Shown here: positions 10,160-19,381 of the stretch, piece by piece
How positions within the stretch are numbered: position 1 is the stretch's first letter
Layout of the letters: each line of letters starts with the position of its first letter
IMG/VR virus record: IMGVR_UViG_3300033153_007973
Location: 170,009-234,008 of that record
Direction: 5' to 3' (one strand)
Length of the DNA: 64,000 nt
Translations under genes and position numbers: made by a program
Notes under the pieces: model-generated
What the model was told of the DNA's origin: nothing
The model's input: the letters and a program-made list of their open reading frames with translations, nothing else
Database searches by the model: none

Positions 10160-11118
10160 TGAATCTGCACCTAGTTCCAACTCTTAAGAAGAAGTGCGGA
10201 ATAGCCGAGTTTGCCAAAGGACTGAACTCTTATCTTAACATGGAGATAAATGATTCAGTCATTATTTCTCCAGATGTTATCTTACTAGAACATGAGTACG
10301 CATATGATGGTGATTGTTGGGAACAAATAGAAGTGCTGCGTCCTAAAACCTTTATTTACATGCACTCTGTAAATCTTACCAATCCGAACAACCAGATCAC
10401 TCACAGAAAGATCAACGAGTTATGTGAGGGTGTGTTTGTCTCCACTGAGATCATGAAATCAAAACTCGCTCAGGTTATTACTATTCCTATCTATGTAATA
10501 CAGCACTACTCTGAACCTATCACAGACTCTCCAGACGAGACAAAAGCAGAGAACATTTTCACTATTGGGATGCATGGCTTTGCTGTCCCCAGAACATGTC
10601 TTATCAGAGGCATCATGGAGCTGGGATATAATCTAGATATGCATCTTCATATCGTAAGCACTATTAATGACGTAACTCTGAAACACTTCCAGATCTCTAA
10701 ATCATATCTGGATAGGTGCAGGAGTGTTTGCCGGCGTCAGGGTTTCGAAGATAGAGTTACATTCGATTTTAATTATTACAAAGACAAATCCGACATCATT
10801 AAAGCACTGAACAAGAAGTGTGACATGATCCTTCTCGTTCAGGCTGATGGTGGTGATACGTACAATGCAAGCGGCACTGCCCGCGTTGCATTAGCAAGCG
10901 GGCGGCCTGTTGTGGTGCCAAGCTATCCTCAATTTGATGGTCTTCCAGAAGGTGTTGTCTATCGTATGAAGGACAACTATAGAGACAGCATCAGAGAGGT
11001 CATAGAAGACCCTCAGAAGGTAATTAACTCAATTGACATACGAAAGGTTATAGAGTATACTGAAGAGACCAGCCCGGCCAACACCGCGGCAAAGATCAAG
11101 GAAATCATGGGGATATAA
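10156..11118 (+). CDS. GT4-like glycosyltransferase
   Basis: 'KCGIAEFAKGL', 'NASGTARVALASGRPVVV'. Resembles the C-terminal domain of 14087-16828. Confidence 0.7.
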   Translation: MMNLHLVPTLKKKCGIAEFAKGLNSYLNMEINDSVIISPDVILLEHEYAYDGDCWEQIEVLRPKTFIYMHSVNLTNPNNQITHRKINELCEGVFVSTEIMKSKLAQVITIPIYVIQHYSEPITDSPDETKAENIFTIGMHGFAVPRTCLIRGIMELGYNLDMHLHIVSTINDVTLKHFQISKSYLDRCRSVCRRQGFEDRVTFDFNYYKDKSDIIKALNKKCDMILLVQADGGDTYNASGTARVALASGRPVVVPSYPQFDGLPEGVVYRMKDNYRDSIREVIEDPQKVINSIDIRKVIEYTEETSPANTAAKIKEIMGI

Positions 11119-13064
11119 TGGCAATATCAACAATACGGGACTCATATCATCATCTCTTTAGTATCAAATCACTAAATCCTCGTAATGGAATATATCTGAA
11201 TGGCTCTCTATTCGGCATACCAACTTGGGCAAACTCTGAAATCGATCCAGGAGTGGTGAATGCTGAATATAGAAAACTGAAACCGAAGTCTGCTTCAGAA
11301 GCAGGAGAAACCACAGATAAAAACTCAACCGCGGGCAACTGGGTGCTAACAAACCTAGATAAACTAACTGGTACAGAAGCAGACAAATACGATTGGGTAT
11401 TTAAGTATGCAACACTAGCTCTATTTAAGAACCACTTTCATTCTGAGAACCCGGATAATTTTAGTATGTCGGTTGGTGGTGGAAGCTCCATTGGTTCTGA
11501 ACGGGAAATTCCAGACTGGAGATTTATTAAAGCATTCTTTGCTACCAGATCGTTACTAGATATGACGAAAGCATCTCGCGTTCCCTCAATCTCTACTATA
11601 AGTTCTAGATTTGGTATTTGTCAGCTCAGTTTCGATGATTTCTTTAATGGCCTTAGTATTTTAATTGATAGATATAACAAAAGGTTCTTTTCTGAAAATA
11701 GTAATAGTAGATTTGCACCTTATCTATATAGGCCAGGAGATAGCAGAAGACTAACCCTCGGAATAACAGGTAATCCTCTATTGTTCGAGATCAAAGGATT
11801 TGTTGCAAGAGCAATTGATTCTCAGAGTCCGCATTTATCATTTGGCCCACAATTCACTTATGGAGATTCAACATATCAATCAGCTAGAGAACATCTAATA
11901 AAGAGTCAGGTTACACGATGGGAAGACATATATAACAATGCAGTGAGTGATAGTACTACTTCGGATCCACCAGGACTAGGATTAGATAAGAATGATTCAA
12001 ACGAGAAAGAAGAAGCTATAGCTATAGCAAATGAAGCAAGCACACCAACAGTTGCAAATGCGTTTCTGGAGAAAGTTATACTTACTCAGCTTTCACAATT
12101 TGATCAAATCATGATTTCAGTAGCAGCACTAAAATATTACTATACGAAGTGCAACTCAGGAAATAATGATTTAAAAATGGTTCAAGCAATGGCAGCAATG
12201 ACTGCGCCAGATCGCGTTGATATGTTTAGAAATTGTCTCAATGTAAACTCTATCAATGAATTTCTGCAAGCTCTTAATATATTTGATTCGCATGTATTCG
12301 TATCAGCTGATCGTATACCAGGTAAGACAGTTGATTTCGGAGTAAGTGGTAGTAGCCGCAAACATATATTTAGTAGTGAACATTTCACTAAGAATAATCA
12401 CCAACTCCATCTACGATTTGCTAAAGCAAACGAAGATGTATCTATTCTAGAGAATGATGTATCCACAAGATACGGATCAAGTGGTAATGCAATTCTACAA
12501 AAGACAGGAGATAGACCCACAGTTCCTACTGTTCCTTCATTAAGTGAAGCCGATGATGGCGTTGAAACGCCTCATCGACGGCTCTATAAGATTGATGATG
12601 AATACTATTATCTAGATGAGAAATTCCGAGAGTGTCTTGAGACATTACTTAAGACCATTACTCTCACAGATTATTACTCACAACATAAGAGGTCAACAAC
12701 AAATCCAGCAGCAGCTGGTGTCACAATAGAAATAGGACAAAGAGGACACACACCAAGTGTCATGAATGTAACAGGTGTAACAGCTTTGCATACATTCATG
12801 ACAGAAGCTGAAGGTAACGGCCCTAACCAACCCTTAACTCGACAGCAGGTACAAACCGCTGTAGCCGGTGCAGCTGCTACTATAACAGGAGTAGCTGTTG
12901 ATACAGTAACGGATGCACCAAAAGCAATAGCTAATACAACAAGAGAGACAATTCATGTTGAAAGTAAAGGAAGAAATTGGTTTCGTGTTTGGTGGTTTAA
13001 CTGGTTTGGCAATCTAATATTTAAATCTAATGTGAGTTCAAAACCGAGAATCCGATGCGTCTAA
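11118..13064 (+). CDS. large hypothetical protein (648 aa), possibly virion-associated
   Basis: Long ORF; no family motif recognised. Confidence 0.6.
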   Translation: MAISTIRDSYHHLFSIKSLNPRNGIYLNGSLFGIPTWANSEIDPGVVNAEYRKLKPKSASEAGETTDKNSTAGNWVLTNLDKLTGTEADKYDWVFKYATLALFKNHFHSENPDNFSMSVGGGSSIGSEREIPDWRFIKAFFATRSLLDMTKASRVPSISTISSRFGICQLSFDDFFNGLSILIDRYNKRFFSENSNSRFAPYLYRPGDSRRLTLGITGNPLLFEIKGFVARAIDSQSPHLSFGPQFTYGDSTYQSAREHLIKSQVTRWEDIYNNAVSDSTTSDPPGLGLDKNDSNEKEEAIAIANEASTPTVANAFLEKVILTQLSQFDQIMISVAALKYYYTKCNSGNNDLKMVQAMAAMTAPDRVDMFRNCLNVNSINEFLQALNIFDSHVFVSADRIPGKTVDFGVSGSSRKHIFSSEHFTKNNHQLHLRFAKANEDVSILENDVSTRYGSSGNAILQKTGDRPTVPTVPSLSEADDGVETPHRRLYKIDDEYYYLDEKFRECLETLLKTITLTDYYSQHKRSTTNPAAAGVTIEIGQRGHTPSVMNVTGVTALHTFMTEAEGNGPNQPLTRQQVQTAVAGAAATITGVAVDTVTDAPKAIANTTRETIHVESKGRNWFRVWWFNWFGNLIFKSNVSSKPRIRCV

Positions 13065-13788
13065 GTCCTGCAGCATCTAAGTCCTTATATCCTAATAGCT
13101 TTCCGAATCCCACATAGCCAGAGTCTTTAACATTTCCAACATCCTTAAGATAATAATACATATTCTGGATGGTACTATTTGGCGCCTGTTCCATAGAAAC
13201 AAGGCGCTTAATAAGATCTAATCTGGTTAGTGCTTTCTTCTTATTATCTATATAATCATCGTTAAGCTCTATAACAGGATGAATAGATGAGCGAAGGTGT
13301 CTCTTATATGTCTTATGTATCTTAAGTAATGCTTTTGATGTATACAAAGGAAGCATCCTGAGGAAGTAAGGAAGATACTCTGTATATATTTTTGTTTTGT
13401 TAACTGGTCGAAAGCGTTGAGGCATAACATAGAATGAATCATACCAAAGATCTGACCACAAGGTATCCCACCCATAGATACTTAAGGGCTTATGGAACAT
13501 CTGTCGGAAGGCATCTTGTGCTGCGATGATAGGATAAGTCTTTGTACAGAGTCGCACCACCGTCCAGCATAGCTTCTCATGACGATGGATATACTCATGA
13601 AACCCACACCTCTTCGCGATACTACTACTTAGAACAAGATACCTACTCGACTTAAGGAAGTCGAGTAGGTACATGATCGCTGGTGCTACGTGGTTAATGT
13701 CTACTGTGTACGTAAGACTACGATTTCTTGTCTGGTGCCGGATCGTTATATTTCCGTTGGAACCAGTCTGGTACGACTTCTTTGCCAT
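13027..13788 (-). CDS. hypothetical protein
   Basis: Long ORF; start moved to ATG 13788 (GGAGG upstream). Overlaps the 3' ends of both neighbours. Confidence 0.55.
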   Translation of the reverse strand: MAKKSYQTGSNGNITIRHQTRNRSLTYTVDINHVAPAIMYLLDFLKSSRYLVLSSSIAKRCGFHEYIHRHEKLCWTVVRLCTKTYPIIAAQDAFRQMFHKPLSIYGWDTLWSDLWYDSFYVMPQRFRPVNKTKIYTEYLPYFLRMLPLYTSKALLKIHKTYKRHLRSSIHPVIELNDDYIDNKKKALTRLDLIKRLVSMEQAPNSTIQNMYYYLKDVGNVKDSGYVGFGKLLGYKDLDAAGLRRIGFSVLNSH

Positions 13789-14074
13789 TCTCTCTATGCC
13801 ACCTCCAGTTCTTGCCCTTCCAGAACTGTTCGAAAAGTCCAGCCGCATTAAAGAATGCGCTGACCTTCTTCCAGGTTTCTTCGTCTTGTATCTCTCGGAA
13901 GACCCCTGTAAACTTTTCCCTACTTGGCGAGAGTGATACTTCTTCTACGAAGTTCTTCTGACTATTGATGTCGACCATAGCCACATAATAGATGCTGGAA
14001 TCGATTGCCATCCCAATACTATATAGTGACTTAGACTTTGGAATCTTTTTCACATCTGTATTGATCAGTTTCAT
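13718..14074 (-). CDS. hypothetical protein
   Basis: SD GGAG upstream; protein-like composition. Confidence 0.55.
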   Translation of the reverse strand: MKLINTDVKKIPKSKSLYSIGMAIDSSIYYVAMVDINSQKNFVEEVSLSPSREKFTGVFREIQDEETWKKVSAFFNAAGLFEQFWKGKNWRWHRENGKEVVPDWFQRKYNDPAPDKKS

Positions 14075-14076
14075 TG

Positions 14077-14364
14077 TTATTTAGCTTTATCTCCCTGGCT
14101 GTCTAGGAGGCTGCTCCCCTCCACCATAGGCACGCTGACGTCTCCTTTCATGATTATTGTTGTTACCAGCTGTCTGCTGATGAGCACTGTTGCCATGAAT
14201 CCCATTGCTGAGTCGCTCGGATCTGGGATTTTGGTCTCCACTACCATGTCCTTCGCATCGAAGTCCAGGAGTTTCCCCTCCATTCCTGCTGCTCTCCCGC
14301 CCATCATTGGAAGTTCCAGCGATACTATCTTGCCCTTGAATCTTTCCATTACATCGTTGCTCAT
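14077..14364 (-). CDS. small Sm/LSm-fold-like protein (95 aa)
   Basis: Strong SD AGGAGG-ttgaca-ATG; 'FKGKIVSLEL...EGKLLDFDAKDMVVE...VLISRQLVTTI' resembles Sm1/Sm2 motifs. Confidence 0.5.
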   Translation of the reverse strand: MSNDVMERFKGKIVSLELPMMGGRAAGMEGKLLDFDAKDMVVETKIPDPSDSAMGFMATVLISRQLVTTIIMKGDVSVPMVEGSSLLDSQGDKAK

Positions 14365-16828
14365 TGTCAACCTCCTGTGTAGTGTATGTTGCGATCTGTA
14401 TCTGTGTAAACAGACGATCGTAAATCTGCGTCTTATGCATGGCAGCAAATGCTGTAAAGCTAAACCTAGCTGCTGCTTGGATACAATTTGTTCGCATTGA
14501 TTTGATGAGATCTGGTTGCCCATCAGCAAACTCTAATCCAGATTTGATAAACTCGACAGGGTCATTTGTGGTAGCAACACTTAGTGTACACCTAAGCTTA
14601 TAGAGTTCATGATGCATCTTGCCCTTACCAGCAACGATACATGGAACTCCACTACTAATAAGCATGCGTACGGAGCCCGAATTGGCTCCGACTGCCTGGT
14701 TATTAACAAACATCCAACCAATATCAAGACACTGCAGATATTCTACCAGCTTGGATTGTTCATGGAATCCAAGCTTGATCACGACACGGTCTCCTACCCC
14801 GTTCTCTTTAGCATATGACATGATCTCTTCGACAACATTATTAGCAAAGCCTGCGCTATCATTCCTATGTCGCGAGACCGGGAGAAGCAGAGCATACTTC
14901 GGCCGGTCTTTCATCATATCTATGATCTGTTTTGAGATCTGAAGGATCATCTTGTATGATAAGAGGAAACCAGTGGTTCCAATAACAAAGTCATCTTCTT
15001 TGAATCCCAGATCAGCACGTACTTTATCTCTAGCATCCTTTCTCATAATTTCAATCCCAGTATAGAATGGATGTTGCGCCTTGATAATATTAGTATACTT
15101 AAGGCTGTTTCCAATATTAAACATATCCGAATGAAGGATAATGCTATCGGCGATGCCATCCAGTCCTCTGATACTGCGCTCATTTTCCTGATGCATGGTG
15201 AGGACAGTCTTAATCTTGCCACCCGATAAGGACTTTAGCTTAGCCATAAACGGCATAAGCTTCTCTGGTGAGAATAGGTTGGGCTCATACTGAATGTGTA
15301 TGATCGTAGCCTTATCTGAATCGAGGATGAGGTCCAGATACTTCTCTGGATCTGAGGTATCGTCGAGAACTAAATAGTCTCTTCTTTTGTCGATGCGCTG
15401 AAGATTATTAATCAGGTTCTCTGTATATGTAGCAATCCCACACTCCACATTATAAGTGGAGAGAGCAATAACCCTCTGGTTCGAATATGTCTTGTCTTCT
15501 TCCTTCTCATAATCTTCCGCGGTAGATTTGATTGCATCCTTCCATTGTTTAATCATCGATGCACCATTCCAGTCCAACTCATTAGTGAACTTGATACCAG
15601 CTGGAACAGTAATGGTTGCAGCATCCTGTTTCTGAGCATACTTATACATCTCAGCCAACTCGAAGCCAATAGATTCGGGATTAGCTATTGCTGCCTGAAT
15701 CTCATAGTTCTCCTTGTATTCATATCCACCCACTTCAATTGGGATGCCTTTGCACTCACAGATCTCACCAAGATTTGCATGATCGATGTATGCTACAGGA
15801 ACACCCAAACTCATTGCCTCGATTACGGGGATACCAAACCCCTCACCTCTGCTCACATTGATATAAACATCCATGGCTTTATACAGAGAGACTAAGTCTT
15901 CTAGTGATGCACCCTTCTTCACTCCTGAATTGATTCTTCCGGTCCGGGGGTCCCTGGTTTTCTTGAACGAGTCTACTAGCATATCAGATATCAGTATATA
16001 CTTCTCAATGCCTAGCTTCCTAGCTAGTGAAGGTAGATCCCATCCTGCAACATCATGTCTGGGTGTATGAAGAAGTAAGACTGGTTCTGGTCCCTTCTTC
16101 TTGAGTGCTTCCCACTTCTTAATGAAATTGGCGAAGCCTATCAAAAGGACATCGAGAGCTTTACGCCAGCCGTTTCGGCAGACTGTACCAACAACGAACT
16201 TATCCTTAAGACGTCTAAACTCTCTGGGCTCTATGCTTCGCAACCTCTTGTTGTCGATACCATGATAGATGAATGAGTTACAGATGTCTTTACCGACTAG
16301 TTTCTGAACAACGTTCATACCATTCTTTGTATATCCAATGATCTTATCTGCATATGAATAGAGCCGGCCGATGTTACACTCAATATTCCTTCCAGGAAAG
16401 GAGAACTTCGCGACGTCCACTAGTTCAGTAGATTCTACTGGAAGGTAGCTGATCCATTTCATCTTAGGGAACATGAGCTTTGTTGTCTTCATGTACCAGA
16501 ATGTCCATGGATCACCGATGGTCAGGACTATGCATTTCTCATTGGTATTTCTAAGCATAGTGCGTAGGGTATGCATGCCACACTTACCATCTTCAGCCAT
16601 CATGGTCCCTTGCATGCTACCTACAATGGACGGTGTCGCTGCATTAATGAGCCTATATTTCGTAGGGAATTCCTCGTTGGTGCCCCTGCTGTACCCAATA
16701 GTTGTGACATCACTGATAGGACAACCATCGTATTTCATTTCGTTATCAATGATCTGACTGATATGATGTGTAAGTTGAGAGAATCCTGAATGATTAATTG
16801 GGTGTTCGCCGCAGATAAATAGTCTCAT
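14087..16828 (-). CDS. tandem two-domain GT4-like glycosyltransferase; last ~92 aa run through the next gene out of frame
   Basis: Domain 1 'NVSRGEGFGIPVIEAMSLGVPV'; domain 2 'ECGIATYTENL...GANSGSVRMLISSGVPCIV'. Confidence 0.85.
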   Translation of the reverse strand: MRLFICGEHPINHSGFSQLTHHISQIIDNEMKYDGCPISDVTTIGYSRGTNEEFPTKYRLINAATPSIVGSMQGTMMAEDGKCGMHTLRTMLRNTNEKCIVLTIGDPWTFWYMKTTKLMFPKMKWISYLPVESTELVDVAKFSFPGRNIECNIGRLYSYADKIIGYTKNGMNVVQKLVGKDICNSFIYHGIDNKRLRSIEPREFRRLKDKFVVGTVCRNGWRKALDVLLIGFANFIKKWEALKKKGPEPVLLLHTPRHDVAGWDLPSLARKLGIEKYILISDMLVDSFKKTRDPRTGRINSGVKKGASLEDLVSLYKAMDVYINVSRGEGFGIPVIEAMSLGVPVAYIDHANLGEICECKGIPIEVGGYEYKENYEIQAAIANPESIGFELAEMYKYAQKQDAATITVPAGIKFTNELDWNGASMIKQWKDAIKSTAEDYEKEEDKTYSNQRVIALSTYNVECGIATYTENLINNLQRIDKRRDYLVLDDTSDPEKYLDLILDSDKATIIHIQYEPNLFSPEKLMPFMAKLKSLSGGKIKTVLTMHQENERSIRGLDGIADSIILHSDMFNIGNSLKYTNIIKAQHPFYTGIEIMRKDARDKVRADLGFKEDDFVIGTTGFLLSYKMILQISKQIIDMMKDRPKYALLLPVSRHRNDSAGFANNVVEEIMSYAKENGVGDRVVIKLGFHEQSKLVEYLQCLDIGWMFVNNQAVGANSGSVRMLISSGVPCIVAGKGKMHHELYKLRCTLSVATTNDPVEFIKSGLEFADGQPDLIKSMRTNCIQAAARFSFTAFAAMHKTQIYDRLFTQIQIATYTTQEVDNEQRCNGKIQGQDSIAGTSNDGRESSRNGGETPGLRCEGHGSGDQNPRSERLSNGIHGNSAHQQTAGNNNNHERRRQRAYGGGEQPPRQPGR

Positions 16829-16839
16829 TTTATCTCCTT

Positions 16840-17343
16840 TTATTTTAGCAGTTGAGTGATATTACGACGCCCGTATTCTGCAAGAAGGAGGGCGTCAACT
16901 AAACCGCTATGAGGTACTTTTGATCTTGATGTTGCTAGAAGATCTATTTCTGGAAATAGATCAACAACTGCTTGTTTAGCTCTGATCTTTGGATCTTTAC
17001 CGGTGTATTTACGTGTCATTTCTCTGGTCCATCTCTGTGGTGGTACAAGAATATATGCAGCAGAGATCCCGGACAGAATACCTTCTATCATACCAAAGAT
17101 ACGACCAAATTTAAAGGAACTCGCGACCCCCTGCTTAGGCATGGATGCCACCTTCTCGAGCACAAAGTAACGATTCAGCCCCTGAACAGCACTTAGAATC
17201 TTACCCAGTTCATCGAGATCTAATTGTACTTTCTCCTTAATCTTACAGAGAGGCATTACATCTTTACTGTAGAGAGTACCATTGTCCGCAATAGTGACAA
17301 TACCACCTGTGAGTCCTGGGTCAATACCTGTTATAAGTCTCAT
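16840..17343 (-). CDS. RuvC-like Holliday junction resolvase (phage type)
   Basis: 'ITGIDPGLTGG', 'VLEKVASMPKQGVASSFKFG', 'VPPQRW', 'VDALLLAEY'. Confidence 0.85.
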   Translation of the reverse strand: MRLITGIDPGLTGGIVTIADNGTLYSKDVMPLCKIKEKVQLDLDELGKILSAVQGLNRYFVLEKVASMPKQGVASSFKFGRIFGMIEGILSGISAAYILVPPQRWTREMTRKYTGKDPKIRAKQAVVDLFPEIDLLATSRSKVPHSGLVDALLLAEYGRRNITQLLK

Positions 17344-17385
17344 CTATGTCTCCTGTATCATAAATCACCAAACGTGTCAAGCAAT

Positions 17386-17754
17386 TTATAATAGATTCTT
17401 TGCTAACGGCTCATCTACCTTTGGATGAATCTGAGAAGCCACTTCTCTCTGTTCCATTTCATGCATGATATTATGTATATTATGTTCTTCCCGGACTCTC
17501 TCATCAATGAGCTTCCAGACCTTACGTACCACCCCAAAGTGGATATACTGTCTGGATGCATATGTTGGCGCCGGAGTATCGAAGCCAACTACATACCTTC
17601 TAGCGAGGTCTTTCAGATTCATCCTTGTCATCATATAGGAATAGACAAAGAGGAAATCTATGTCACTAACTCGCCCTTCTTTATGAAGCTCCACCAATGC
17701 CTCTGAGAAGAGGTCCATCAACTCTTGTGGATATTTCTGATATCTTTCGAACAT
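17386..17754 (-). CDS. sigma70 region-4-like HTH protein
   Basis: 'MNLKDLARRY...SRQYIH...VRKVWKL' fits the LxELA..SRQxI HTH pattern; start uncertain. Confidence 0.45.
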   Translation of the reverse strand: MFERYQKYPQELMDLFSEALVELHKEGRVSDIDFLFVYSYMMTRMNLKDLARRYVVGFDTPAPTYASRQYIHFGVVRKVWKLIDERVREEHNIHNIMHEMEQREVASQIHPKVDEPLAKNLL

Positions 17755-18511
17755 CGTTCTTTCCCGTTGTTCCTCTTCGTTCACATTCTCCTCTGCAAGG
17801 ACAATTCCTGCAGCGTCTCGTTGCATTCTTCCCCAATATCCCATAGGTCATCTGCCTCCCTAATCTGTGGATGTTTTGTTTGCATTCGTCTATGTACTCT
17901 GGCGTGAGATCCAGCCTATATACAGTTTTCCTGAAAGCAGAAATAACGTCTACTAAGACTGGATTCGTCGACATGAGATCGGATGCGAGGCAGACTGTCC
18001 CCATTACTCGTGGGTTATACAGTAACCATACCTTGCTTGGTTCCCTGTCAGGATCTAAATGGTAAATTATTAAGCGAAGGCCAAACTTTGGACTGGAACT
18101 CGAGGTCTCACTAGTCTTAACCTCAGACAACATAAGGTCAATATTGAGATTGATTGGGTTCCCGTCACCTACGTATAGTACAGGGAGATTAAAACCAGCT
18201 ACTCTTTTTCTGGATATTCCACCAGTATGAATAGCTTTCCCTACACAAAATGAAAGGTTATCGACGGCACGGTAGGCCTTATTGATGAGTTGCTCATCAA
18301 AGCGCTTTAAGAGCGCTCTGAGAAGCTTTTTGAGGAGGGGTAAAGAGTATTCTCTACGTTTAACTTGGAGGGTCATGTACCTAGCCATAGCGAAAACGAC
18401 CGAACGTTCATACACTACTTCAGCAACTCTTGTATCACCGTTCTCAGCGATATCAGCGTAGGTAGGGCACAGCATAAACCACTGTGCATATCTTGTTGAC
18501 TGTATATCCAT
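17681..18511 (-). CDS. degenerate PD-(D/E)XK/Cas4-like nuclease homolog
   Basis: N-terminal 'FMLCP' and C-terminal 'CRNCPCRGEC' give the 1+3 Cys arrangement; catalytic motif not recognisable. Confidence 0.45.
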   Translation of the reverse strand: MDIQSTRYAQWFMLCPTYADIAENGDTRVAEVVYERSVVFAMARYMTLQVKRREYSLPLLKKLLRALLKRFDEQLINKAYRAVDNLSFCVGKAIHTGGISRKRVAGFNLPVLYVGDGNPINLNIDLMLSEVKTSETSSSSPKFGLRLIIYHLDPDREPSKVWLLYNPRVMGTVCLASDLMSTNPVLVDVISAFRKTVYRLDLTPEYIDECKQNIHRLGRQMTYGILGKNATRRCRNCPCRGECERRGTTGKNDVRKISEISTRVDGPLLRGIGGAS

Positions 18512-18514
18512 TAT

Positions 18515-18544
18515 AAAAAGCAGGTCAAGGGAGTGGCTACCTGC
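18515..18544 (-). terminator. intrinsic terminator-like hairpin closing the RNA region
   Basis: Minus strand GCAGGT-13 nt loop-ACCTGC followed by TTTTT. Confidence 0.55.
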
Positions 18545-18681
18545 GTCGCCCTAGTAGATATCATGCTCGAACCAGTTCCGCCCCTATTTACGGAGATCCG
18601 GGAATGCCAGTTGATTTACTTAATTATCGGAGGACAACTGACTCTATTACCGAGCTGCTTTTCCAGCATGGACCCTCCGCT

Positions 18682-18833
18682 AGGCACAACCAGGGATTCG
18701 AACCCTGGACATCGCATGACATGTAAAACATGTAACATGCATTCTGAAGCGCACTGACGCACCCCGTTATAGGGTACCGTGCTCACAAGTACGTCTACTT
18801 GTGTCCCGCATCTGCCCTTTCTGCTACCGTACC
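18682..18833 (-). ncRNA. tRNA-like RNA with a ~90-nt three-hairpin insert replacing the anticodon arm
   Basis: GGTACGG/TTGTGCC acceptor; U8A9; D arm GCA..TGC with GG; T arm CCAGGG-TTCGAAT-CCCTGG; no CCA encoded. Confidence 0.6.
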
Positions 18834-18853
18834 TAGAAAATCTATTTCTCCTT

Positions 18854-19381
18854 CTATCCTTCATCCTTCTTGTCTCTCTTTGGACCACATGCCTTAAAGA
18901 GCTTTAACTCTTCCTTGGAGAGATCTTCGAACCATGGGCTTTGTGGTCTCATGCCCCTCTTCCTGCAAGCCCAGAGTATAGTACCATAAGCCTTAGATAA
19001 TTCAACGCACTCTTGTAGACCTTTTATCTCTTCCGGCTTGATCTCTTCCGAGTCTGCACATGCCCACCAAAATACATCGTTGCAATTTACGTATAGCTTG
19101 ATGGTTTCATCTGCGTCAATGTGTATCCAATCCTTTAAAAGAGCGTCCTCGATTTCAGTTCGATATTGATGCTTCCTGATAAAGTCTGCTATCTGACTCG
19201 CCTTCTTCGCAATCCCCATTATTGCTTCGTTATGTCCTTCCATTCTTTCTGTCCGTTTTTCGTACGGATTCTTTCCGCCAGTTACAGCTGCTGCATATAT
19301 ACCAACATCATCTATCGCTAGGCGATATGGGAGATTTTCAATAGCTGCTTCTCTATAGTCTACTTCAATCTTCTTCATCAT
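18854..19381 (-). CDS. hypothetical phage protein
   Basis: SD AGGAAG before ATG ATG; protein-like composition. Confidence 0.55.
   Translation of the reverse strand: MMKKIEVDYREAAIENLPYRLAIDDVGIYAAAVTGGKNPYEKRTERMEGHNEAIMGIAKKASQIADFIRKHQYRTEIEDALLKDWIHIDADETIKLYVNCNDVFWWACADSEEIKPEEIKGLQECVELSKAYGTILWACRKRGMRPQSPWFEDLSKEELKLFKACGPKRDKKDEG

Noticed and set aside
18628-18679. Mini tRNA-Pro-like (CGG...CCG-A) gene
   Set aside because: Only 52 nt, with no T-loop consensus or anticodon arm; kept only as a structured segment.
18533-18888. ORFs on both strands across the RNA region
   Set aside because: They run through the tRNA-like arms, lack an SD and have implausible composition.
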